Shown one piece after another: positions 13,430 through 25,616 of a stretch of 64,000 nt of DNA. Source of the stretch: Gnetum montanum (taxonomy: Eukaryota; Plantae; Gnetophyta); the NCBI GenBank assembly GCA_015680685.1, contig MNCI01001065.1, positions 140,029 to 204,028 on the forward strand, given 5' to 3'. The stretch's first letter is position 1; every line of letters starts with the position of its first letter. The position numbers were made by a program, and so were the translations under genes. The notes below the pieces were generated by a model. It did not search any database and was not told the DNA's origin. It saw only the letters and a list, made by a program, of their open reading frames with translations.

Positions 13430-13900
13430 TTACATTAACCAAATATGTAGAAGGAATTATGATAAAGTGATAATAGTATCGCTATGGAAAATAGAGTTTA
13501 CAAATGAGAAAGAAAGAATTTTATTTAATAGTTTTATTGGTGTTAAACAAGGCTATCCTCTTTCTCCTACTTTATTTGGGTTTTTTATTGATGAACTTAA
13601 AGAGTGGATGCATAAAATACCAACTTAATTTGCAATTACAATTGGAAGCAATTATGTCAAGATCTTATTCAATGTTGATGATGTTGTCTTATTTTCAAAT
13701 TCAATGCAAGGATTGCAGCAAATGCTTAATACTCTTAATGGCTTTTGTTAATAATAAAAATTAAGGTCCAAAAATCAAAAATCATAATTTGTGGTACACT
13801 CATAAGACACACAATCTTACTATAAGACAAACATGTAGTTTTAGTTTTAGTTTTAATTTCATATATTTTATACTATGCATATAGTTAACATTGAGTTCTA
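13430..13900 (+). mobile_element. Non-LTR (LINE) reverse transcriptase fragment
   Basis: From 13539: GVKQGYPLSPTLFGFFIDELKEW...ILFNVDDVVLFSNSMQGLQQMLNTLNGFC, then ..KSKIII. These match the RT QGxPLSP and YADD regions. The frame differs from the listed ORF at 13504. Confidence 0.85.
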
Positions 13901-15413
13901 ACATTTAAAGTATAGGTAATTAAAACTTAAAACCTAAAATTGCCATCTTATGTTAGAAATATTTTGATAGATCTTAAGTGATAAAAAACTTTGTTTTTTA
14001 AATATTATAGCCAAAGGAAGATTAATTGAAGGCTAGGACTTAAAAAATAGTAGTGAGTTAGCCACTACAAGAAATGTGGAGATAGTGAATCTAGATCTTT
14101 GAAGTTATAGACTAACCATGATAAATTTTTGGAAGAACTATTTTATGACATTCCTTGATTTCTTGTCTAAGAAAGTTTGGTTATGATTATTTAAAAAGCA
14201 AAAAACAACTCTAAAGTGTTGAAAATATTGTAAAATATTAAAAATTAGTTGACAAAGAATGTTTCCAAGACTGTTACGAAATGTAATAAAAGTAAGTATG
14301 TGAACTCTTAATTTAGTGTTTTCCTATAAAAGAAGGAAATAAAACTTGAAATTTGCATAACTTACACTTATAGCATAACGAAGGCATAAAAATACGAAAA
14401 CAAGATACTAGGAGAAATAGTATAATATATAATTAAAGTATCATCACACAAAGTCCTAATGCTCATCTTGCCAAATGAGATCCTAGGAGAAGTGCAAATA
14501 TTATGTAAAATTATCTATTTAAATGTGACAAAGTAAAATGTATGAAAAGTAAATATTTTCTAAGTTAGACGGTTGCTTTCTGAATAAATCAATCTTAGTT
14601 TATTTCTAGAACATGGTCACATATAGGTACAACCACTTGAACAAAGACTCTGAACAAGTGACTTAGATACATGTTATGAGCACTTGTTGACTACTATAAA
14701 TCATGAAATAAGATTTTAATAGCTTTGCTACAATGGCTAAAAATATGCTCCAAATGTACCTCAACTCACACATATATATAAGAAAATATATTAGATACAC
14801 TATTGCATATGTGCCAATACATAAATAGATGTACCAACATATATACATTAATGAAAATGCATAATTGCATATGCACTAATGTAATAATATAAGGTTTGAA
14901 TTTTTAATGTTTATATAGCATCATGACTAACTCAAAAATTATCCTTGAATTGTACAAAATGGATAGAGTTTTCTTACAAGATTAGTAGGATGACATTAAC
15001 TAACTATTACAAAATTGTGAGTTTCACATGATAACACAATTTGTGTGGTAACCCTATTTACAAAATAAATTGAATCATAATACAAATAAAAAAATTTACA
15101 AAATTTGGCTTATGGAGAATAAATTTTAAGTGGCATTATTTGTTGGTCTTTTGACTTCCAAATTTGGTTGATCAATTGAAATTTCTCCTCATCAATCCAT
15201 GGATCTCCTATTATTCATGCATTTTTGGCAATCTATATTAGTACTAGAACATTTCATGGACATGTCAAAGTAAGAAAGAGATTATTAATGCTAATGAAAC
15301 AAGTTGAAAACAAGGATCATTCATGTTCTAGATTTGTTAGTTTTTGTTTACATGATTGGTTATTACTAATTCTTCATGCCAACTTTTTTGTTACATCCCA
15401 CTAGCTTGTCAAG

Positions 15414-18400
15414 TGTTACACCCTCAAATTTAGCCTAATTCCTTTAAATGCATTTTCTTAATTTACTTGATTATCCCTTTCTTAATTACTTTCATTACCA
15501 TTAATTTGTTAATTAATCTTAGAACCCAAGCCAACAAACACACCCAATCATTACACTCCTCTAATGATTTCATCAATTATAATAAAATAAAAGATCAGAA
15601 AATATAATAGTGGAAAAAAATGAGACTTAACCCTTATAAGATATGTGTAGGTACTACAAAATCTTAGGAAATTCCAACAATTAGCTTCTTCAATCTTCAG
15701 CCATTGTGTTGCACCAACTATGTTTCCCTCCTACTTTCAACACTTATACCAACTTCATCTACCTACACCATCATGCAAGAAGAGTCAATGCTCCCCAACT
15801 AGTCAAATCCACCTTGCTATCCTTTTCAAGGTATGACTAGAGTGGGTCATCTTATCTGTAACAAACCATTTGATGATACTATTGAATTAATAAAGAAAAA
15901 AATTACCATGTAAGACTCTTAGGTATCTATTTTAATGCTAACAAAAATCTCTAGAGGCTCATAGCCTTCCTACAATCTCATCATTGTTAGACACCTTAAA
16001 CATCCTCATCATTTGTTAGTCTCCAATGGGAGTATCTAGTGATTGTGCTACTAAGTAGCCTTGACAGATTTGCAATAGTCCTATGGCCAAAGTAGGAAGT
16101 ACCTAAAACCTGGATTGAATAATAGGGACCACCATAATCACCTCTACTATTTCTTTTTAGCTAGGTAACCTATTGACTACAATCCTAGACCTAATTCATC
16201 TTTCCTCCTAAACTAACTAGATCTAAGTCTCATCTAGAAATATCCCCAAGTAACTAGGTTTGAGTCTCCCTAAAGGATTAAAAGTTCCTTAGGACTTATA
16301 AGAATTGCATATGCACACTAGTTTCCAAGGTATCTAACTCAACCTTACCTGCATCCCATACCACATCAAGACTAACCACTACTAACTTGCTACTCAACCT
16401 CATACATGTCCTATACTACATCAAGACTATCTATTACTAAACCATTATTCAACCTCATATGTGCCCCATACCACATCAAGAGTATCTACTATTGTTGAGG
16501 TAATGCTGCTTATATCTTCAATGGCTTCTACCACATCTAACACAACCACTAGCCTCCATGACTCAAGAGCTAAGATAACTCTAACAACCATAAGACTTAA
16601 GAAAAAAGCATCAAAAGAAACATTAGCATTAGACCTAAGAAGAAATTTGAAATAAGAAATAGATCTACTACCTTCTTGAACTAGTAAGATATTCCCTATT
16701 GATAAACAAGCCTCACAAGATCCCAAGTGCAAAGCACCAACAAACTCAAGATAGAAGAAAACACAAATGAAAAATGATGGTTGAGAGAGAAATCCATAAC
16801 CTACTTATAAATTCAAATTACACATTCTTGTATGACTTCAATAAAGTTCTAACTTGAGACTTATTAAATGTGATAGATTCAATATAAATATCAACATTAT
16901 CTTTATCCAAGATAGAGATAAAAATCATCTTTATCAAGATCCAAATCTAGTCATCTTATCCTTATCTATAGACAACAAGGTTAGCATCATAAGATAATAA
17001 TAAAAGTAATAAAAAATTATAAAAATATAAAATCTCACATTAACCACAAATATAATGAGGTCCGACTTATTAACTAGAAATCACATTATTAGGATCTCAA
17101 GCCAAATTAGCCAATAATTAAGTCTCATGCATGTCTAAATTATTAATGAAGTCACATGCCACTAAATATATAGATCATGAAATTATAAAGTCTCATGTCA
17201 AACATCATCCTTTGAAATGAGACTCTTTAAAAGAAATTCAAAGTACAGTTACACGAATTATTAAGGCCTCTGCCAAAATGCCAAATAATGAAAAATATCG
17301 CATACTAGTGATAAATCAAAAGTGCAAGATCCTCTATTAAGCCAAGTTCAAACTATAGAACCAATGTAAGGGTAGAAAACAAAAATTCTAATCTTTCTAA
17401 AAATCCTAGGGATGTTCCATGAAGTAACTTTTGTAGGATTATTCTTTTTCCATATTTACCTATAACTTATCCTTTGTTTAATTATGAGTTTGACATTCAT
17501 GTTCATAGAGTGTAATGGTAGCTACTAATTTCTTCTCCAACTTGCTCCTAGGCTTACTTGAGATAAAGACAAGGTTGCAATAGTGTAGATTAGATATGTG
17601 TTGTTGATCCCACTCATAACACCAATGGCATCTTTTCATGATATCATATTAGAATCATAGAAAATGCTTTCAAGCTTGGTCTTTATCACTTAAGATTTGT
17701 TTCATTATTTTCCTTTTGTAAACCAACTTGATCTCTATATTTCCTTTTAATAGTCTTCAATCATTTGACCCCATTTTTTCAAGTCACAATCTCTATTGTT
17801 ATATGCTATCTAATGAGACATACTTTCTACTTGAAGATATTTTTGTTTTTCTTCAACAACCTAACTATCTCTAGGTTTTCTTTTAATTTTTTTCTACTTA
17901 ATATGTTAGAACGAGATTTAAATGCATCATATTCCTTTATCACCTTTTCTAACATTTGGTTTACTATAGTAGATTCCTTATTTTCTTCTTCTAATTCTAT
18001 AATTCTCTTCTTTAGGTTATATGACTTTTCTTTAGTCTAAGATGCATCCTACATGGTCCTTTTCTTAATCATAGATGCTTTTGGACAGTATCTTATAATT
18101 GATCAAATTCTACTATGCTTATCAAGCTTGGCCTAGAACTGAAATAAGTCTTTCATTACTATGAGGAGTTTCATCTAGCTTTATTAATTTAGTCTCTCAA
18201 AAAATATTAACTTTCCCTTTATGATGAGAAGCTCATATTACAAGGTAGTAGTATCCTTTGAAACATCAAATGTCTTTGTCAATTTCTTTCTTGTACTTAT
18301 CAATTACTTCAAGTTTTACTCATGTTCAGCTATTGTCATTTTCCTAAATGTCTTTTCTTTCTTGGTTTGATTTAGCCATTTTTCCAAACTTGTGAACATT

Positions 18401-19340
18401 GAAATGTCTTGTTGGAAACTAACATTAGTTGTCAATACCATGAGGAAATTTTGTTCTACATCTAATAACTTGGCAATAACCCCTATGACGTCTTCTTGTC
18501 CTTTGTAGGTAAGGATAACCATTGTTTCTCTATTTCCTTTCTCAATCATTACTTAGAATTATGTTGCATTATCCAACACGATCAACCATTGTAGCTACAT
18601 TCATCTTCATCTAGCTTTGTATTCTTGTTACAATTACCAAAAGTTTAGAAATATCTCAACTCATCCAAATAAATTCTTATGTGACTCTCTTGATTTAGAT
18701 TAATGTTAACATGATGGAACGATACAAGCTTGATGGACCAAAAGGTACACATTTAGCCCTACCCTTTCCAATGTTCCTTGTGATGGTATTAGTGACATTA
18801 ACAATGTGGTAAGTAATGTTACTATAGTTTATAATGTTATGTCAAATTGATTACGAGGACTATGACATTATCCCTATAAGAATCATTGTCAAAATTATAA
18901 ATCACATTTCCACAGGTTAACATTGTAATGTCTTCCTTTATAAGAATGAATCATTAATGTCTAATTTGTTTAGAATTTTTAGCTTCTATATGTATCATGA
19001 ATTTTTCAATCTTTCATGAGCTTTATTTTCATCATTACTACATTCTTCATGCAATGTACATTCTTGCTCCTCCTAGGATGTAGCCTAAGTATTTCTCCAT
19101 TTAGAAATTCATCTTTACTCACTTAACTTTTTTAATTAGAAGCTTGTCTCTACGCATGGTGGTCTTGCATTGAATAGTTGATTAAATGGCCACTTCATAT
19201 GTCTTTCTCATATCATAATTTTTATCTACTACTATAGGTTGGTTCATCTTCCATTCTTCATAGAACACACCTCACCTTCTCTATTTTTCTTATGGTTTTG
19301 GATTTCATCACTAATATTCCACATGCATGATGTTCTCATC
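15414..19340 (+). mobile_element. Degenerate LTR-element remnant (Tat/Ogre-like?) with an LTR-like start and antisense ORF relics, truncated by the CRM insertion
   Basis: TGTTACACCCTCAAATTT at 15414 resembles the LTR starts at 22347 and 50152; 18960-19330 is visibly homologous to 48960-49280. Confidence 0.4.
16341..16494. repeat. 55-bp minisatellite, ~2.8 copies
   Basis: Units start at 16341, 16396 and 16451 with core CATAC.ACATCAAGA.TA. Confidence 0.85.
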
Positions 19341-22300
19341 TAGTGTAGGAACACCTCTTCTAATTTCCTTTTTTTCCTACAAGTTGTTTTTGCAGGTTTG
19401 CATGCTTGAAAGAGACCAAAATGAGTGTGTCCTATTTTTGTGTGTCTTCTTATGTTGATTTTTATAATGAAGATTCTTAGATGTTTTCACATGTTTGGAG
19501 GTGTCTTTGGCCCATTTTGATGAGCCTAGGAGGTTCTAAGATCTATGGGGACTTTTTTCGAGGTATTTGGAGGCTCCAAGTATCAAAACAAGCATTTTTA
19601 TTTTTGGTACCTGCAAGATAGGTGTCTACCCAAAAATATATACATCTCACCTTAAACATCTAACTTGAAGAATAGATGTCTATGGACCAAAGTACACGTC
19701 TATCAAAAATAGTAGATGTTTCATATAAAAGTAAGACTTTCATAGTAGACATCTAATCAAGGCCAAAGATGTTTAAGATGGTAAGGGAAAAAGCTCCAAC
19801 ATGGCATTTCAATTAGGAAACATCTAAAAGACTTCATATCCTTGTGGGAAATCTCTAAGAAGCCAAATAGAAAGCTTCCTAGGGTTTTTGATCCCTATAA
19901 TTATGTATGTATCCATCCATGAGAAAGGAGGAGATTTTCTATAAGGAGAGAGCATCTATGCATGAAAGTGAGAGAGAAAGCATTCAAGCGTAGAGAGTTG
20001 AGCAAGAGAGATTGGATGAGTGCAATTGGTGATTACAGCTCCAAGATTAGCTTGTAGTATGTTTGTGTATGTGTTCTATTCTCTTGTATCTCACTTGTGA
20101 GTTGAGACCTCAATCCTAGGTTATGGAAGAGATTTATATTGATCGTGTCTTACATTAAGAACAATCATTATGTGGTTGTAGAGCCTCATGCTCTATAATA
20201 TTGGTTGAGTGTGATAGGTTTTGGCTGTTTGTGTGTTGTGTGAACCCTATACTAACCTTCTAATAAATTAATTAAAGATAGCCAGTTTTCTTTTTTCCTA
20301 GTAAATAATTTTATCTTTGCATAATATCTTAACTTAGTGCATTAAAGATGATTTAATTATTGAAGTGAACTTGCTCCAGCGTTATTGGTATCAAAGCCTA
20401 GTTTTATTATTTCTTGGATTTTGGTTGAGGATTTTGTCAATTTTAGATGACACCCAAGAATAAGTAGGTGTAAGCTCTAAATTGAGACATGAAGAGCATG
20501 ATGTCCACCTTCCAAATGATGGTTTCTCGATTGGATGAAATTAGTGCAAAGGTGGATAGACATGCTGGTCCTAGCCATATTCAAACACATGAAGATAAAG
20601 AGCATGTATGTTCAAATAAAGAAGTTTCACAACCAGGTGTAGATAGAGTGGATAAAGAGGAAGGTCAATCTAGATATGGAAGTTTAAGAAACCATCAACC
20701 AAGGATTCCAATGGGAGGGAATCTTATTCCTCAAATAAGAACTCCAAGGGCTTCAATGGTGTTCATACTTCTTCAAGAAATCTTAACAATGAAGATGAGG
20801 CAAGGCTTTCTAGAGCATTTAGAAATGCTTCAAGACTTCCATAACTAAAGTTGAAGACTTTCAATAGTATAGATGGTACCAATGCTTTTGCAAGTTGGCT
20901 GAAGGTACTTAAGAAGCATTTTCAATTGGAAGAGGTACCAAATAACTTGAGGGTACCTACTGTTGAATCCAAATTAAAAGGTATGGCTTTTACTTGGTGA
21001 GAAAAGGAGTCCCAGGGTCATGAAAGATGAAATAGTTAATCCATAAAAGATTGGAATATGATGAAATATAGGTTTAAAAGAAAATTTGAACAATCTTGTT
21101 AGAGAAAAGAAACCATTATGAAGTTGAAATTACTAAGGCAAGGTAACAAGGATGTCAAAGAATGTTACCTTAAATTTTGTGATCTATTCAATCGAGCTAA
21201 GGTAAACTGGGAGTATGAAATCTTTAATCTTTCTAGGAGCTCTCAAAATGATGAATTAGCAAGATTGTTCCTTTTATGAGCCACAAACCCTTAATGAGGC
21301 TTTTGATTTGGCACTCAAGGCTAAGAAGACATTAGATGGATTCAAAAATAGAAGCAAACAAACTTTTAAAGGGAAGGAGAAAGGATTCAGATCTGATAAG
21401 GGATCCAAGTCTAAATCTAAAGAGAAGAAGGGAAACCAAGATAAGAAGACTAAAGGAGGTGATGAGAAGGGTAAAACCAAGAAGGACCTAAGCAAGGAAG
21501 ACAAGGGTCAAGGTAGCAGCTCATCAAAAATTCAATCCTTCAAGTATAGAGAATGGGAACATAAGTAATGGGAATGTTTGCTTCACAAGGTAGCCAAGGA
21601 CAAAGATGTGCAAACCATAGAGGTGGAGGAGACATCAAGCCAAGCTCTTCAAAGAGGTAATACTAATGCTTCAAAGATTAAGAATGTTTTTGAATTAAAT
21701 TCTTGTGCATTCATGGGAAATATAAATAGAGGATATCATCTTGATAGGAAAGTTTTGTTTCAAATTGGGGCTAGTTGTTTGCTTAGTGAGGAATGGATTC
21801 ATGTTTTGATTCATGGGAAAGTACAAGAAAATTTTATTTCTTCTAGGATAGTTACTAGATTGGGTTTGGTAACTAATCCTCATTTGAGACCCTATAAGGT
21901 GCATTGGTTATCTAGAGATTTTTCCCAAGAGGTGAGGGAACAATGTACTTTGAAATTAAAAATTAGAAGTTTTCATGATGTTGTGAAATGTGATGTGCTT
22001 TCAATAGATTATGCTGATGTAATTCTTAGTAGACCTTGGAATTTTGAGAACGGTGCTTAGTTTTATGGAGCAAGAAATGTGTGGATTGTAGTTAGACATA
22101 ATGGAATCCATTACTTGATTCCAATGACAACTGAACAAGGGAAGAAACATAGCACACTTAATGCTTTCTTAATCTTTCTAGGAGAGAGGGAATATATTAA
22201 GGAACATGATGAAACTAGTTTTGATTTTGTTGTTATGAAAACACTTGCTACTAACCATGATGATGCAAAGGTTGAACTTCCTACAGGTGTGCTAGGCTTG

Positions 22301-22346
22301 AAGGAGAAATTTCCCAAAGTGTTTAAGGAAAAATTGGATGGACTAC

Positions 22347-24262
22347 TAATGAACCCTAAAATTTGTCCAATCTTTAAAATAAATATCTTCATAAAATTTA
22401 TGTATTTAAATTAATTTTATTTAAATATATTTGTTTAGTTAATGATTATTTTAATAATGATAAGAACTAGTTTATTGATTTTAATATGATATATGATTAT
22501 ATTAATTATAAATACATATATCTTATGCATATATATAATTTTATATATTATATAAATTTTATAAATATTTTTAACTCAAGCATTATAGTTAATAGAATTT
22601 GGGCAAGGAGCCCATCAATGGTGGTGGTGGTGGTGGCAACACTAGTAGCACTGGCAATAGCAGTGGCAATGCAAGCAACGATTTTGGTGAAGTATAGCTT
22701 CAACATCCAAGTTTGCCCCATCTATAAGGACAATCTCATGTGCCTACCTCCATGTGCAGTTGCTTCACTTGAAAACCTAGGGCTTCTTATTCTATGCAGC
22801 AAGGTTTTGGATTCTAGAGCCACTCATGCCCCACCATGTAGGCGAGTCAGTAGTAGGAAGTAGTGTAAGTAGCCAGTGCAGGTAGCAAGGGTTTCCAATA
22901 GCGTGCACGATGCAACAATAGCAAGCGATGGTAGGCAAATCAGAGCAAGTGCACGATGTGGCAGCAACAACTCCATTTCAATTCTATTGCATTTGTGTTA
23001 CTATATTTCCAATTGTCAATTACTATTCTGGTGCAAAGCAACATAGCATTTAGAGGGGCTAACATAGACGGTGAAGCAACACATGGACCAAGATAGACGA
23101 TGACTGTGACACATGAAAAGCCACCTTGGCTAGGGCCTAGCCACCATGTTCATGATGCCTAACGTGACAACGATTGGTAGCCAAAATTTCTACCAATTCT
23201 CTACTCCTATCTTAGGATCCATTTGGACATGGAGCATCTTAGTACCAGAGACTAAGGATGAACAGATTTCCCATAAGGATTTTTGGGATGTAATCTTTCA
23301 AGCTTGCCACAGCTATATGAAGTAGGATAATCCATCAGATACAAATATGATTTTTGCAATAGTCTATTCTTGGGCTTAGCCATGAAAATAGCTCTAGTCC
23401 AACAATGTCAGGATTTTATAGGAATTAAGCCAAGGCCACCTCCCACATGAACTCCATCACCTCAATCATCCACATCAAATATGCCCCTTCTGTCACTTCC
23501 CTTAAAATCCATATTAATTTAAAACATTAAAAAACCAAACTTAGTAGTGGTATCAATTTTAATATATCAACATCAGGCTTTGTACTACTCATATATTATT
23601 AAAATAGTTATTTTTGTAACATTGTTACAGTATAAATACTCCTTCAACTTTGCACCAAGGGGGCAACTCGAGGTGTGAAACCCAAGGGCCACCAAGGGGA
23701 CACCTATTAGGCATCATTTGCACACTAAAGGTAGAACCAATGTGAACCTAGCAGTGATCCCAATGGGCACCAAAGGTGTGCACCCAAAATTGATACCTAA
23801 GAAAATCAACATTAATTTTAAGTGTAATTCCCCTTGAAGAATTATTATGTGAGGGTTCGTTAAGCTTTGTGGTAACTATAAACCATTAGAGTTCATTGTC
23901 AAGCTGTCGAGGTGGCTACACTATGGAAATAGTAAGGTAGAATAAAAAATTAGGTGAAGTCTCCCTTGTGATCTTCATAATCTTTATATTTATAATTTTA
24001 ATTTGATTTAATCACTAATTCACTCTTGAACTTAATGTTAGAAGTTAGAGTGATAATTCATGATTTTACTTATGAGTGAGTCATAAGTGTGGAATTTGTT
24101 TGGATTTGATTCTAATCATTTATTGTCTTGATGATATTTTGACTTTAAACTATTCCTCTATGAGATACAACTCATGGGTCAATCACAGATGAGGTGATTC
24201 TCTATAATGAAAGAAAAATAAATTTTAAAGATATCCAACACCAAATTTTCTCTAGCTCGTCA
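22347..24262 (+). mobile_element. Solo LTR (1916 bp) inserted in the CRM pol, carrying captured gene sequence
   Basis: Perfect TSD ACTAC (22342-22346 / 24263-24267); termini TAATG...CGTCA (decayed TGACG...CGTCA); removing it restores LDGLQSMRNVQHHIDFIP; TATAAATA near 23631. Confidence 0.85.
22690..22857 (+). pseudogene. NMD3: Captured fragment of NMD3 (60S ribosomal subunit export adaptor)
   Basis: KYSFNIQVCPIYKDNLMCLPPCAVASLENLGLLILCSKV matches the plant NMD3 segment as I recall it (KYTFSVEIxPICREDLICLPPKVAxSLGNLGPLVICTKV); frameshifted LD... and ASQ** (QYW) relics follow. Confidence 0.8.
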
Positions 24263-25125
24263 ACTACAATCAATGAGGAATGTACAACATCATATTGACT
24301 TCATTCCTAGTGCTACCATTCCAAATAAGAAAGCTTACCGAATGGCACCAAATCAAAGGGTTGAATTAAAAAGGAAAGTAGAGGGTTTCCTTGAAAATGT
24401 CTTCATGAGGAAATCCATTTCACCTTGTACAGTTCCAATGCTACTAATGCCAAAGAAGGATAGTGATGAATGGAGGATGTGCATTAATTCCAAGGTAGTG
24501 AACAAGATAACAGTGAGGTACAACTTTCCTATTCCAAGGATGGATGATATCATTGATGTCCTTACAAATGCTAAAATTTTTAGTAAAATTGATTTAAAGA
24601 TTGGTTACCATCAAATTAGAATTAGGCTTGGTGATGAGTGGAATACAGCTTTCAAAACATTGGATGGACTATTTGAGTGACTGGTGATGCCATTTGAGCT
24701 CACGAACACACGTGCTACATTTATGAGGTTGATACATGATGTCTTAAAGGACTTGATTGGTAAGTGTTGTATTGTCTTTTTTGACAATATTTTGGTGTAT
24801 AGCTCTAATGAGGGACAGCACTTAGATCACTTGAGGATGGTATGCCTTAAGTTGAAGAAGGAATAATTGGTGATCAACATTAAAAAAAAGTCATTTCTTC
24901 TAGAGGGAAATCACATATTTGGGTCATGTGATTTCTAAAAATTAGATTCAGATGAAAGCTACAAAGGTGAAGGCTATTAGGAATTGGCTAACTCCTAAGA
25001 ATGTTGGGGAGGTAAGATCATTCCTTGGTTTAGCAGATTTTTATAGATGGTTCATAAAACATTTTAGTGGTATTTTATGGCCTATGCTAGCTTTGTTGAA
25101 GAAAAATAAGGAATTTATATGGAAT

Positions 25126-25616
25126 TTACTTGTATTAATTGTATTGAGCTTCTAGTGCAAGGATTTGTAAATCAAGTTACACTCTTTCTTGGTACTTTCT
25201 CTTTCTCTTTTGTAGCCCTACAGGGTTGATGTGCTTCTTGCAAAAATACGTCTTCATTAAGCTTGTTGAGATCCTACAAGGTTGAGTGGTTTTCCAGTAA
25301 CAAAACACTGTGATGTAAAGCTCACTTTTATAAAGGCTGTGGGATCCTCTAAACCACATGTTGTGCTTGTTAGGACCTTATGGGATTAAGTGCTTTCATA
25401 GCAACAAAACACTCTAGAGTAGAGCTCAAAGCTTGTAAAGGGTGTGGTGCCCTTCAAACAACATTTTGAAGAAACAAACTCTGAAGATGTGCACAGATTC
25501 TACCCTCCAAGTGTGGACGTACCCAAGTTGTGGAACCACATAAAATTTTTGTTTGCTTTTGGTGGTTGTAGCATTTTAAATTGGAGAACTTATTCAACCC
25601 TCCTTCTAAGTTCTCA
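25126..25616 (+). mobile_element. 3' half of a SIRE/Sirevirus-like LTR fused to the CRM RT
   Basis: Ends in GAACTTATTCAACCCTCCTTCTAAGTTCTCA (SIRE-type C-rich U5 end); homologous to 58450-58930. Confidence 0.7.

Larger units (their letters stand above)
19341..25125 (+). mobile_element. CRM-like Ty3/Gypsy copy 1: 5' LTR, gag, PR and RT; 3'-truncated and interrupted by a solo LTR
   Basis: LTR 19341-20384; PBS TGGTATCAAAGCC at 20386; gag ~20450-21570; PR ...PHLRPYKVHWL...CDVLSIDYADVILSRPW; RT HHIDFIP...WRMCINSKVVNKITVRYNFPIPRMDD...FSKIDLKIGYHQIRI...FFDNILVYS 24273-25125. Confidence 0.9.

Noticed and set aside
13504-13764. Listed 86-aa hydrophobic ORF as a membrane protein
   Set aside because: It is an off-frame reading of the LINE RT.
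22486-22863. Intact 125-aa gene
   Set aside because: The N-terminus is low-complexity AT-rich LTR sequence; only the central part is NMD3-like.
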